Made by a program: the position numbers and the translations under genes. DNA of 64,000 bases from Schizochytrium sp. TIO01. Taxonomy: Eukaryota; Protista; Bigyra: Labyrinthulomycetes. Under the pieces are notes generated by a model, which ran no database searches, was not told the DNA's origin, and saw only the letters and a program-made list of their open reading frames with translations. This document shows, in pieces, positions 48,222-61,482 of the stretch; within the stretch, counting starts at the first letter, position 1; the number at the start of each line of letters is the position of its first letter. The stretch lies in assembly GCA_004764695.1 (NCBI GenBank), contig SMSO01000032.1, forward strand, positions 8,774,483 to 8,838,482, read 5' to 3'.

Positions 48222-51200
48222 CGTTTTGATGTCTTGTACTCGGATAATCGCCGACCACTTCTCGCGCGCTGATCCCGTTCTGCAGAGACCTGTCTAGAAT
48301 CTGCACAACCCATTTTCATCTGACTCTTAAAGTAGAACAGAACATGTTTAGAACGTGAAGGCCTTGACATTGTGTGTTTTGCACAGGAACATCGAGAACA
48401 TGAATTTCACAAGTGCTTACCTCTAGAGGTATACCTACTTTTGAAGATCATTTATGATGATGACCCTTTGAAGTTATACTGGGAAACGACTTGTGCTTAG
48501 CCTAGCGGTCATGAAAGTGCTCATCAGTACAAAATGAAGTATCGACTTGTTATCCACATACTATACAGTGCACAGGGCATCCAAGTGCTAAATGTATTAC
48601 AACAAGCTATTTTGTTTTAACTTTAAAAAAAGATTAAAACCATCTGTTTTCTGATGAATTTATTTAAAATAGTAAATGTTTGAAAGATGTTAAATTAGAA
48701 AAAAAAAAAAAAAAAAAAAATTTAAAAAGTGACTCCGAAGAATGATTCTAAATATAAATGAGCACCTAAGTAATCAAAGTTTTGCTCTAGGGACACATAA
48801 TTGCTCACATTTAGTATTCTTGCCCATATTCACTGATATAAACAAACAGCCACACGTCATGAACCACGCATGATGCAGGTTTCGTGTGCAGAATTAATTT
48901 ACAAGTAATTTAAAAAAAGAAAAAGTGAAAAGACATAAATATATTTTTAAGATTCAAAAGGTGCGTGCTCACGTGACACAAAAAAGGAGTCCCCATTCCT
49001 TGATAGCTATAATAGATACCTAAGAGCGAGAAGTCAAGATTTGCCGAGAGGGTGATAAGGTGTGCACTAATCATTATTCAAAGATTGAAGCGGGTATCTG
49101 AAGAGCCGAAGGAAGAGAATGAAATCTTTATCGCAAGATCAGTCGGAGAGGAGTCTGATTGAAACGGTGTTGGTCTGAGGTATAAATCACAATTCATGAG
49201 TTACAGTTTAATACATTTGTATTTATTTAACAGACCGAGGCCACGAAACCATGGAAAAGCTTTGGGCCACAGAGTAATCGATTCCATTATATGGCTTACA
49301 AAAGGGAATAACTGACTCAGCACCACAGTCAGTATACATGGTAGAAACACTGCGAATTGCTCCCACTGCAGTCATGGTAGGGATATACCACGCCTTGTAC
49401 CCTCGGGTAGAAACTCGAGCTGAAAAGTAATCACCCATATACTTCTTCAAGTTGCCTATGATCCCTCGAAGAAATGTTGAGCAATACTACTACATCATGA
49501 ATGTTTTAATTTCATATACCTATGTTTTGTTTCCCCAAATGACAAGGGAGGCGTTTGAGAAAAACTTCAAACAATGATTTGGTGTGTGCATCACGGTAGT
49601 ACGTAATCTAAAATTCCGTTGCTGGTTCAACTTTAGAGAAGCCAAAGCTCCCACTTTAATAAATCATGAGTAGAGTTCGGCGGTGATATCTCTAGTACTG
49701 TGTAAAATTTTGCATGATATTGTACAAGAGATGCGAGATGATTTAGATTTGGGTGAATAAATTGATGATTGGTTTTTGTTTTACAGTTCATGTCCTGCCT
49801 ATGATGACGCTCTTGAATTTGCACAAAACGAAGCAGGGTTCGATGACATGAGTTGAAGTTTTAAACTTTGACGGCTATGCTTAACAAGGGGCAGCATTGG
49901 CGGTTGTGTTTCGTGGATCAAAAATGTGCCCCGAACGAATTGCATTGTAGGCTTGCGAAGCGTACTTGAAGTGGGACATTGAGCGCTATATTTCCCTTAC
50001 CCGTGCAAGTTTGTAACATCGCCAATCTAGTATAAACTCCAACGATATAACCCCAAGAGGTCGTTGCAGTTGGCATCTTTGCATGCATAGCAATAGAAAC
50101 GGCCGTGATTACTAAGAACTGCACAATCAGGCTTACAGCTAAGCCAAAGTTTCAAAGTACCTAGCACTTCAAGAGTCGTGCCATATTGTCTGCTCGCTGG
50201 TCCCCAAATGGACTCCGCATTAAAATCCGACGCGAGATGGTAGTTGAACGAGCCGTGTTCTTCAACCCGAAGTGCGTGTGCGCAGCGAGCTGCGCGGAGG
50301 TGGGTGTGCTGGATTAAGCAAGAGAAAGAGACAGCAAAAGGCCAACTAAATATGCCGCCTATAGTCTACTTGTGACCTCCTATAGCTTACTTTTGCAACT
50401 CTAAACCTCATTATATGGTATGATCCTCGTACTCAACTTGCACGCACAGGAAAGAAAGAATGATAAAAGGGCTCCTTAGCCTGAGTTGAGCTCTGATTCA
50501 AGATTTGTGTTTAATTTCAAAGAAGATAAGAACCAGAGATGAAGAGAGCAATGCTCGTAGCCACTCTACGTATTATTTACTGATAAACCCTCTACCTGGG
50601 TATGTATGTCCCTGTGTATATTCACTTATGCAGCTTGCCTTGCTCTTGTAAACCCACGATCCCTTTGTCCAACACAGCTTGCTCTGAAGCTGCCTTTCAT
50701 CGCTGTCCATTGTCCACACGTGCCGCTGTCCCTCTCCAAACAACCTACTTTACCTCATTCATTCAATTCATGCATTATCTCTGACCTTTGTGTGTATGAG
50801 AGTGTGTGCGAGAGTGAGAGAGAGTGTGTGTTTATTCACATACGTACTAAGAGGTACTTAGGTAGATCACCAACTTTAGCTCTCTTAGTTCTTTCTTCCC
50901 AGCTCCTAGTGTAGTCTTAGCTGAAAGCCTGAGAGGCTCGAGCCAGCTTGGCGCGGCTTTCTATGTGCCGCTCGGGCTCATGAGTTGCTTGCTCTAGAAA
51001 GCGTGGCAACAGTGGCAGCGATGGAAAGTTTGGCAAAGAGGTGCCTTTCATCGGCGCGGGCTCCGGCTTCTGCCTCTGCAATGGGGCCTAGCGATGCCCA
51101 GCCAAAGGGCTACACGTGAAGGAGCAGCTCTGGTTTGTTTCTTCGTCGTTTATTTGCCTCTTTCTTTGCATATTTCTTTCTTTCTTTCTTTCTTTCTTTT

Positions 51201-53699
51201 TGTATAGTTCTTTCTTTCTCTGCCAGCTCACGACGTGTGTATTCTGGGACTAGGACTGCACTATGCACAGTTATGGATAACTGGAGACTCGCTGAGAGAT
51301 GGTGTGAAAAAGGTCTCTCCGCTTAAGAGCTAGGAACTGAAGACCAAAGGAGCGAAGGATTGGGGAGGAGGTGGAGGGAGGAGGCTGAGAAGCCACGCTT
51401 AAGAGAGGCCGCAAAAGCCACGGTTTGCAGGCGACCGTGCAGACGCAAGGTCGTCGCTCAATGAATGTTTTTGGCTTTGGGGATAGCGGGCTTTTGATAA
51501 CTAACTGCTTGTGGAAAGTACTTTTGTTTCTTTTACTCCTCTATCCTGGAAGTGAGGTTTCTCCGAGAGGAGACTCGTGCTGGGTAGGAAGGCTCTTTAA
51601 AAGTTATTTTGCTCAGTCTTGTGTTGCACACACATGTTTTCTTTATCTTTTATTTACGCCTCCCATTCTAATTCCAGTCTCTCTCTGTTTCTAATGATAG
51701 TCTTACTCTTTCTTTCCTGTTTTAACATGTCTGTTTTTCATTCGCTGACATAGACATAGACCGTCCTAATGTGCCCTAACACTGCACACTACGGTAGTGG
51801 CTAAGTGTCCTGCTAGCCCATAGGTTTCTCCTGCCCTTGAATAGCGCTCTTCTAGATAATAAAGTAGTAGTGAAGCTCCAGAGGAGAGAATCAGAGTTCT
51901 CTTTACCGGGTGGTGCTAGATAGAAACCTAACGACTACAGTAAGCAGCACTCACTGTGTGAGAAGCTGTTCCTGTTCAAAAAGCATTCTCTCTTCTGAAA
52001 AGAATTCCTCCTCACTCTTTAGCAGTACATGATAAATAACACTCATCAATAGGAATATGTTAACCGTGAAAAGGAAAAGAAAGGCCCCATTGGTAGGGCC
52101 AGATAGGGACAACCGCTAAGCGTGGAGCGGTCGAAGAGGATCTGAGATGAGCTGAGATAAAAGGGCCGGCCCCAAAGCGGATAATAAGTGGCGAGGACGA
52201 GATATGCATTCCCTCAAAGAGGTCAAAGACAGCCAATGTCACACGATGGACGAAGCTGAAGAGGCGGCAGAGAAGAAGAAACCGGATAGAAAACAGAATA
52301 AGTTTTAGAGGCAGAAGATAGCGAAAACATCAAGTAAAAATTATAAGAATAAAATGCATGGTGTCGGGGAATTAGCAATGGTAGGAGAGGTTCCCCCGAA
52401 CCCCGTCTTTCTTTACTTTCTTTACTTTCTTTCTTTCTTTTCCCCTCTGTTTCTCTGTTTCTCTCTCTCTCTCTCTCTCTTTCGAGGTGAACCTTCTCCA
52501 GGTAGTCATGTATAGAGTAAACTATACCAGTGTCGATGGTGTGATGGTGTGGACTCTTCCTTCCTCTTCCACCACATATTAAGTTCGTATGTAAATGATA
52601 TGAGCATAAAACTAGCGGGAAGAATCATCAACTGTAGTCAAGAGAGATAGGAGCGATGGGGTGTTTGCTAAGGTAAAGCATAGAAGGCGCCGGTCTGGGT
52701 TTGAACGCGAACGACGAAAGAAAACAAAAAGAAGTAGGTAAATATGGTGAAAGAGGGAGCGAATAAATGAATGAATAAATAAATGAATGAATGAGTGAAT
52801 GAATGTGAATGATGAATTTATCAGCAAAGATCAGACATGGATTGGGCTGCATGAAAATGAGGTAGATACTGTGAATAAGCGGTGGCAAAGGAGCTATTTC
52901 GGGACCTACTTCATGCATTGATGGGGTCCGGGTTGTACATCATTTGGGCGATTAAATCCTTTGTTTACATGTATGGAGTACCTACTATAGAAAGGAGGTC
53001 TACAATTGAAATGACGATGAAATGAGTTGCAAATAAGAAGTGAACCTTATAAGATGTATATAGAGAAAATGATGTTTTCTACTTTGCACGGAGTTCTTTC
53101 TTTGGAAACGCACTGCTAGAGGGGTGCTATAGTTAAGCTTATACAAGAAAGGGGCGCGAAAGTAAACAAAATTAAACAAGAAGAAAACAAACAACATCTT
53201 TCTTGTAAATGAGAGAAACCCATCGACAGAAGCGGCGCTGAGATTGCTCGTTCTGTTGAATGAATACACGTGTTCACTTCTAAGACGCGCAGGATAAGTG
53301 AAGGACGGCAGAAACGAAGCTTTCCGGGAGAGAGAACGATGGCTTTCTCCATCCGTCTGCGCAAAAGGACCCAGAGAACGACCATGACAGCAAGTAATCA
53401 GAAGAAAGGCAAAATGTACCTTCATGAAGAAGGTGAATAAAACTTTTATATTTTTAGTTTTCAGATTAAAAAACTAGTTACCTGAAAAGTTTTTATTAGG
53501 CCTGTATGGAGGAAATAGAAGTGTTGAAGCATTGCTAATGAATAGGAGTAAAGAGGTGATTAACGATAAAAATATTGTGCAAAAAAGAAAATGTTGCGGA
53601 AAGGAATAATGAAAGAAAAAAGAAGAAGAAAAAAGAAGGATTAAAGAGAGAAAGAGAGAAGAAAGAGCGATTGATCGCCTTGTGCGCTGTCTGTCTGCT

Positions 53700-53960
53700 G
53701 CAGACTACTATCCCGCCCCGTGCTTGGTCCATTGCCCGCTGCCGCGCCCGCGCCAGGACCCCGCCGGCGCCGCCCCCAGCACAGCCGCCCTCCGCCTCGC
53801 GCGGCGACAGGAACGGCAGAGGCCCAGCCAGCCTCCCCCGCCCACGCCCTCGCTCGTCGGTCAATCCCGTCGCGCACCTCCTCGTGCCGGAGCCCTCAGC
53901 AAGTACGCCGAAGCCTGTGCGTGCACGCTCTACGCGAGCTTAGGATTATAAAAACGAACT
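53700..53960 (+). promoter_or_regulatory. Probable Rac promoter: GC-rich island followed by TATA-like TATAAAA (53947-53953)
   Basis: GC-rich block, then TATAAAA. A possible 5'UTR intron runs from the GTACGT donor at 53998 to the TTTCAG acceptor at 54661, before the ATG at 54726. Confidence 0.4.
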
Positions 53961-54725
53961 GGCGGCTCCCTAGCGCTGCGAGGTAAAACCATCGAAGGTA
54001 CGTAACACACTTGACGCAAGACAACCGCGGCGGAGATCTGCCTCATGGGCTTTCCCGTGCCTCATACTGTCTGTTTAACAATAGAGAGACTTTCAAATAG
54101 ATAGTCCCGTCATGGCTTATGCCAATATCCGCCAAGCATCCCAGAGCGGTTTGACGTGCTGCATGGCTCCAGGGGCACGAAGACCTCTTGTGAGAATCTG
54201 ATGGGGCTGGTCTCTCCCATGATCATGTCAAAAGGCGAATTCTTAGTTCGGTAGGATTCTGGGATGAGGGAATGAACGAACAACATCAGATTAATGCACT
54301 TTGCCATGCGAACATGTGTGGGAACGAGTAGTTATTTGCTGGTTATTTGCGAGCTTGATGTGTCTTCTATAATTGACTCTCGGTTGCAGAAAGGAAAAGT
54401 GGACGTGTGAACTGAATGACTGACGGATCAACTTTGGGACTACCTCTTCATTTTTATTCGTTTTGACTTTTGATCATTGTATGTTGGACTTATGCGTTTG
54501 CTTAACTCTTTTCGAACTGGCCTTGCGATATTATCCATTTCTTTCCGTGACAACAACATTAACAACACCTTGGTGATGGTGGTGGTGGTGGTGGTGGTGG
54601 AAATACGCAGAATTGCGAACACTAGCCCGCGTGAACTCGATCGGCCCTCACGACTTTTCAGAATTTTAGTTAATCTCTCGACGGTCGCACCGCGCTAGAA
54701 AGTAATAACAAATCCCCATTACAAG

Positions 54726-55319
54726 ATGCAGAAGCATATCAAGTGTGTCATCGTTGGTGATGGTGCCGTCGGTAAGACCAGTATGCTCATCTCATACACG
54801 ACGGGATCTTTCCCCCTCGAGTATGTACCTACCGTGTTTGACAACTACAGTGCCCTCATTGACGTCAACGGCGAACCAGTAAACCTCGGTTTGTGGGATA
54901 CTGCCGGTCAGGAGGATTATGACAGACTGCGTCCACTTAGCTACCCAGACACGCACGTGTTTATTATGTGTTTCTCGGTTGTTAGCCGATCCTCGTTCCA
55001 GAACATTACACAAAAGTGGTATCCGGAGATCCAGCAACACTGCAAGGGCACACCGTTTATCCTGGTGGGTACTAAGACTGACTTGCGGAATGACGCCGAA
55101 ACCATTCAGCGTCTTGTGCAAATTGGCCAGTCCCCGCTCAACCAAATGGACGGTGAGCGCATGAAGAACAACATCGGCGCTCTCCAGTACCTTGAGTGCT
55201 CTGCCTTAACCGGCCAAGGCCTCAAGGATGTCTTTGACACTGCCATCCGCATTGCAATTAAGGGAACCCGCAAGAAGAACGGCAAGTCAGGCGGTGGTGG
55301 TGGCTGCTGCCTCATTTAA
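54726..55319 (+). CDS. RAC1: Rho-family small GTPase, Rac-like
   Basis: [56 protein letters not shown], polybasic tail and CCLI CaaX box. Confidence 0.95.
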   Translation: MQKHIKCVIVGDGAVGKTSMLISYTTGSFPLEYVPTVFDNYSALIDVNGEPVNLGLWDTAGQEDYDRLRPLSYPDTHVFIMCFSVVSRSSFQNITQKWYPEIQQHCKGTPFILVGTKTDLRNDAETIQRLVQIGQSPLNQMDGERMKNNIGALQYLECSALTGQGLKDVFDTAIRIAIKGTRKKNGKSGGGGGCCLI

Positions 55320-56470
55320 GGCAATCGAGAACTCCCTTCTGTCTTTCTCTCTGTCCTTGCCTCCCTTCTTCCCTCCACTTGCTTCCTCATAGCGGAGAAT
55401 CATGAAAAAAAACAAATACAAATTACGACCACCTCGCTCGCCTGCCCGCTTATCCGCGCGCCCGCGCTTTGTTGTCCAATCTGAACACTCTTTACACTTA
55501 CGACGATGAGGACGAGCTCTTTGTCACTCTCGCGTAAACCGTTCTTTATCTCTACATCCTCCCCCCTCTCGATGTGCCCTCCAGCCTCCGTCAACCCCTT
55601 ACTTTTTAAGCACCGCTCTCAGTTCTCAATAGTCCCCCTGGCCCGAACCCTCTTCCATACCCTCCACATTTACCTCTCTTCGATATCCCTCTCTCTCACC
55701 TTTCTGCGCTTTCTGCTACTAGACGAAACTTTTTTGCGCACACATTGTCATTAATGGCTGCGTCAGTGTCTACAACCGCACTGACGTATCGTTATGATGG
55801 AATTCCTCACGCCATGCCTCAGCCTCCATATGCATATCATTTGTTTCACCCATACGCATTCGCAGCTGTAATTCCAAAGGATCTTTGGCTCTCATACCTA
55901 CCTATCTACCTTCTTATCGCCCCCCCCCCTCCCCAACTTGAAATTGTACAGAGCTAGGTTTTATGGTGATTCCCATATGAATAACTCTGCTACTCTTTTT
56001 TTGGTGTGAAGTACTTGCTGTATGCCTTACTTATTCTTGCTAAACCTCGTTTGATAAATTTCAGTTCTACAATCATAGATATTTGCAAACGGGGCTCGAA
56101 TTCTTGGCGATGCTTTACCTGGGATTAATATGGAAATGATCTATTGAGGCTATTAAATCGTAGTGATTTCAAAGAAGATTGAACTTTTCATCTCTTAGAC
56201 ACTACCCACACCCCTACCCACTCCACATCCAGAGCCAAAACAAAGTACTCGAGACAACCAAACTATCCTTTAAATAATGCTGTTCTTTAAGAACTGCTCC
56301 ATCAAACACTCACTCTGAATTTCTGAAAAGCAAAATAATCTTGAATATGGAGGGGGGGCTATAGAGGTTACGTTAACTTTGGAGGCGGGGGGCAGGAAGC
56401 AGAGAATTACAATTACAGAGAGGGTATCAACATTAGCAAAGGAAACGCAAATTGAAATAATGTCATTCTT

Positions 56471-58318
56471 TTAGGTAGTACTCTCTGCATCTGTCTCTGC
56501 TACGATTGTCTTGGTGGAATTTCCGCTTGTCTTGCGACGGCGCAATGACTTGATGAAGCCTTTATCACCCTCACATGGATCTTGGGTATTATTATCTGCC
56601 TCCCCAGCAACAGATCCTTGTTCATTTGGAGCAACAGAAGGCAACACCTCTTTGTCATCATTCGAACCCTTCGATTCAACTTCCTCGTCATTTTTGGCGT
56701 TTTGCAAACGTGCCCTTTCACGCTCCTCCTCTTCTGCCTTCCGAGTGAAGAAGGTGCGCTGTTCGTCAGAGACCCAGCGAGCTCCGAGGTCATCATTCGA
56801 GGGGACACGGTTATACACTCCAATGAGAGCATTTTCAAGCCACCAGATACGCTCTTTTGAAGATTGGGAACTTGTAAAGAGAGGGGTAATGATCCACATA
56901 AAAATGCACAAACCAGGAAAGGAAAAGTTGAAAAAACGGGCAAATGATATTGCAAACCCTAGAAGAGACGCCGCGATGAACAAAACCATAAAGGCAGCTC
57001 GCGTGGCATTAGGGTCCGAAAAATTGCTCAGATTGATGATTTTTTCAAAGATGCAAGCTACATTGTTCAACATCCCTGCAATCTCTTCGATTTTCTGAAC
57101 CACACGTGCGTACCTTTGTAAAGGCGTCAGGCTTAGCTCTGGATCCAAATCGATCTCATCATTCCACATTGCCCAGGAACTCCGCTTACCCTCAAGCGGC
57201 TGTCGGGCTGCAATACTGCTAGCTACAAAGAAGCCAAAGAAAACCAAGGGAATCATAGGTGCCGTGACATAGCGAGCAAAGAGTAAAGCTGTACCAGCCG
57301 CCGTTGCTGACGCAAGGGGATTCTCCCAGGAAAGAATGTACCCAGCTATAAGTACCGGAACGCTTTCGGAAATGGCCTTCACGGCACTTCCGATACGAGC
57401 TCCATTGCGTTTCAAGTCAGAGACAGAATCAAGAATGGCTTGCGGCGAACTGGCCAGGGACTTCAAAGGCCCGGTCTTTACTTGAGGCATAAGATGCAAG
57501 TAGCCTGCATTGATGTAGTACAACGGCCAGACAGAGTCGCCAAATCGATATGCTTCATCAAGGACGAGCGAGTGCTCCACTGTAAGTTGAAGCTTGTCAT
57601 TAAACTCATTTCTGTCCATGGCTGTGTCCATTGCCCGTCGATGCCCAGGAATGGCGCGAACAGTTCGTGTTCGCACAGGGAAAAGAGCATAAGCAGCCGT
57701 CCCTACCGTTTCTACATTACCATCCTTATCAACTTTTGCATCAAGGTTAGTTAAAGGAATCCAAACGCGCCCCAGCAACGTATCCCCAGTCTTCAACAGA
57801 TTCTTGGACCACACGGTGCAGACAAAGCCGCCTGTGATGTCTGTTATAGGGAAACGGCCTCCAATCTCCCATACGAAAGACTTCCCTGCCTGCTTGAATG
57901 CCACCGGTGAAGTAAACTTTTCGTCTTCAATCTGCACCTCAAAATATGCTTTTGTATCTCCTAGCTTCTCTGCAACCATGGATTTGATACGTATGTGCAC
58001 TCGACCAATAACCTTACGGGGCCTCTGCGGAGGCTTTTCAGTCTTTTTGTCGATGGTTACGACTTTGCGATCCGTGTCACCGTCTTTAGTATCTTCGCTG
58101 TCTCCGTCTTTGGTATTGACACTGTCCGACGATGATCTTCGCTTCAACTCCTCCTCTCGTTCTGCCTGCGCATCATCGATGACCTCGAGACCACTGTTCT
58201 TAAGCATACGGCGCTCAAAGTCGTTTAACTGTTGCCTGACTCGGGCCTCAAACTTTTGCTTGGCCTCTACAATGTCAAGCTCCCAGTTTTGGAAGAGCCG
58301 CTTCGCGTTGCTTGTCAT
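56471..58318 (-). CDS. C2-domain plus PRT_C transmembrane protein (MCTP-like ER membrane-contact/lipid-droplet protein)
   Basis: C2-like strands (GRVHIRIKS, AYFEVQI, FPITDI..F.CTVWSK..GDTLLGRVWIPL), ILSWENPLAS, EKIINLSNFSDPNAT, hairpin TM segments, YNRVPSNDDL. Confidence 0.8.
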   Translation of the reverse strand: MTSNAKRLFQNWELDIVEAKQKFEARVRQQLNDFERRMLKNSGLEVIDDAQAEREEELKRRSSSDSVNTKDGDSEDTKDGDTDRKVVTIDKKTEKPPQRPRKVIGRVHIRIKSMVAEKLGDTKAYFEVQIEDEKFTSPVAFKQAGKSFVWEIGGRFPITDITGGFVCTVWSKNLLKTGDTLLGRVWIPLTNLDAKVDKDGNVETVGTAAYALFPVRTRTVRAIPGHRRAMDTAMDRNEFNDKLQLTVEHSLVLDEAYRFGDSVWPLYYINAGYLHLMPQVKTGPLKSLASSPQAILDSVSDLKRNGARIGSAVKAISESVPVLIAGYILSWENPLASATAAGTALLFARYVTAPMIPLVFFGFFVASSIAARQPLEGKRSSWAMWNDEIDLDPELSLTPLQRYARVVQKIEEIAGMLNNVACIFEKIINLSNFSDPNATRAAFMVLFIAASLLGFAISFARFFNFSFPGLCIFMWIITPLFTSSQSSKERIWWLENALIGVYNRVPSNDDLGARWVSDEQRTFFTRKAEEEERERARLQNAKNDEEVESKGSNDDKEVLPSVAPNEQGSVAGEADNNTQDPCEGDKGFIKSLRRRKTSGNSTKTIVAETDAESTT

Positions 58319-61300
58319 TCTGGCACCGTACGGGTTCTATCGTCTCTACACCAAGTTCTTTTCCCAAGCAGACACAAACTGCAGATCAAGCTCTCCAAGA
58401 TACCCTTTAGCACCTGCGAGGCCTTCGGTATGCTATGCTCGTGTGTCTAGGTTTACACAGAACTCAGGAAAAGGATTGTATATGTTTTCACAGACGAAAT
58501 AGCGCAACGAAGAAAGTGACAATTCGTCGAACTCGACGCCTTCTCCAACCGGACGCACGCCGCCTAAGCAAGTCACCTGCCAAAGAAAAACTGAAGGAAC
58601 AACACACCCCAAGTGGTCTAGGCCACCCGCACGCCACTACAGAAGACAAGGTTGGAGCTCTGCGAACTGGGACGAGTCCAGATCGGGGTACTGGCGCCGT
58701 CGCGACGCAGAGACACATACCCCTTGCCGCGGTGTGCGCAACCCATTTCCATTCCTCCCCCATAAATAACGATAAAGGTAGCAGTCCTCCTCTATTTTTT
58801 TTTTCTTTCTTCTTTTAGATAAGAATGGCAAATTAATTCTTTCTTTCTTTTACCAATTTTCTCTCTGTTTCTTTGCCTGGGAAGGAAAAGAGGGCCATGA
58901 TTCGAGGCTTAGAGCAGCGGGGTTACCGCAGGCCCCGAAGAGCAGGCTTGGCGCGAGGCTTCCGAGCAGCACGACGAGTGTGTCGCAGACGAGCTCGAGG
59001 TCTTCTACGCTGCACGGAGAAAGAACCTCAGCGGTCGGGGCTCAGAACCCTGCTGGAAGGCATATATGAGGCTTAGCAAGCGTCGGTCACGAGTGACCGC
59101 GGGCCAGATCCTTCAGAATTGAGAAGAGTGGAGCTCGTAGGAGTAGTATTACTGCTGGTTTCCTCGCATTTCCTGAGAGGGTCGCTCGCAATATTGGCAA
59201 TGGAGATGAAAGCGAGTGAGAGCATACGATCGACTTCGGCGATGGAGCACAATGGGCGTACCTCTTAGTTCGTTTTGAGCTTTGCCTTTGTTCGTCACCG
59301 ACGATTGAAGTTTGAGGGAGAGACGCTCGAATTGTAGGCAGCAGCGACGGTCTGGAAGAACACCCGTAGTGCCGTAGCTTCGAAATGGGGTTTTGATACA
59401 GACGAAGCTATGACGTGTGCTTCGTGAGGTCCATGTCTTCAGGTTCAATATCGACCTGCCTCTGTAAAAAAACAAAAGAACTGAAGAATGGTTGGATTGT
59501 TACATGAGAAGCTGGATCAGGAATTGCCACCTTGCGGTCAAGTTCTAGCGCTCTTCGGTGGGGCATACCAATGTTCACGTTGGATTACAAGCCTGGGATA
59601 GCACCTACGTGTATCGCGGTATGGATACTTTGTTCGTGTTGCTGCAATGCTTCTTTGAGCGTGTTCTGTAGTGAGTCAAGAAAGTAATCTACACTCAAAA
59701 CACAGTACTACTGCTCGCTCCGGTTGCATGTATGAATGTTTGCATGTATGAAAATATCTGAGTATGCATGGATAGCGTGTCTTGTTTTCGCTTTGGCGCG
59801 GCGACACGAGCGATATCTCGAGCATAAATGAAGGCATTTACTTATTTAGCCGCGCTGTTATTAGGAGCTAGTCCTCCAGTGCCTAGACTTTAATACGCCA
59901 TGCCATAGGTTTGGACTGCTCTGCGCTGTGCAGCAATTGTCTCTGAATAAGATGTCGCAGCAGGCGGTGCTCTGTAATTCGAACACTCCTATCCCCATCG
60001 TGGTGGAAAGGTAGGCCCAGAACCCCCAGGCTGAACATTTTGCGTCATAGTCCACACCACGATGATGTAGCATGATGCACAATGACCAAGGTGACCTTGC
60101 TGAGATAGTGTTGTATCTCCAGGGCTCCAAAACCTTTCTTCTCGTCCGAGCGACCGACGCTAAAGCTTGCTTCTTGAATTCTCTCGAAAAGCGAACTGAT
60201 GTCTCGTGGTACTCGCTCGCTCGTCGCAGGGTTTGCATTCCGCAGACTCGGGTACTTCACCTCGGCAATTGGCGAATTTCCAGCTCACTCGCAAAAAGAT
60301 TCAGGTCTCTGTCGAGCGAATCAGTGCAATCTCCAAAGGCAATCCCTCAAACCCTTTATGATGTCTAGTTCGGAATCCTCTGCTCGAAATGCATGCGCCC
60401 ATGAACGCAATCCGCCCTCAACGAGACGCAATCCGGTGCCATGCATGGCAGATCGTAGGCGGAACCTCAACCATGATTTAGCCATGGTATCCAAGACGGT
60501 TTCAGTCTACAAAACAGACGGAATCCTCCGGTACCTCTTGAACAGATCTTTCTTCAAGATCGAAGATCTTGCGCATCAAAGTTTGGGTCTTCAAGCCTTT
60601 TTGGGACATACAGTACCAAAGTAAAGCTGGGACCCCTAAGCAGCATAAGTAACTCCTAATCCTACAGAAATCGGGAGCATTAGGAAGCGATAAAGAGGGT
60701 TGTTGGCATTGTAAAATATAGGAAACGAATAAAGAGTCTTCGCAAATTCGAGTCAGCTATAGGCCATTGTAGGAGAGGCTGCAAACTGCAAAACCAACCT
60801 CACGACGTGGGAGACTGAATGCAAGCTGTTTTGCAGACCGGTTTAAGAATCCTAGCGACCACGCTGTCGAAAAGGGGACGGAGTACTTGTGGAACAATAG
60901 GAAGGAGTGAGTGATTGGTCATTTCGAGTCCATTTGTTTGGGTTTCACTCGTTGACCACAGTGAGAGTGGATTGAGACAACTGTGATACGAGATACGCGA
61001 GCGCACAACGAAACTGCGAATAACAGGTCGAAAGAAGCGGGGCTGCAAGAACCTGGTGACTTGATTTTAAAAACGCCGGCAATTGATTTTGTCATCTCCA
61101 TCGTTGTTTTGATTTCGGGGTTGAGATAAAGTTGAGGATTGTTCACAACAACACGTCCACTAGGTAAACGACGTGACCGGGGACCACAATTTATTGCTGC
61201 TAAGACGCAAACGATACATGGGCGAAAGACCAAGTCTCTGGCTTTAAAATTCTACAACAATCTACGTTGTACGATTTGCGCCAAAGACCTTCAAGAATAA

Positions 61301-61482
61301 CACAGTACTCGATACATCCTTCACCCAACCGCGCATACTTTAATTCGACTTGAGCTATCACGAAACCCAACTTGAGCAAGACAAAAACTGAGATATATTA
61401 AGGAGTGAATAAAGTAGCAGCAGGTGTGTTCAACCACAAACGCACCTTCGAAGATTGTAAGGGAAAGTTGCAAGGTTGCAAC

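Noticed and set aside
59084-59099. Perfect short inverted repeat CGGTCAC-GA-GTGACCG
   Set aside because: Single isolated 7-bp inverted repeat, expected by chance in 64 kb.
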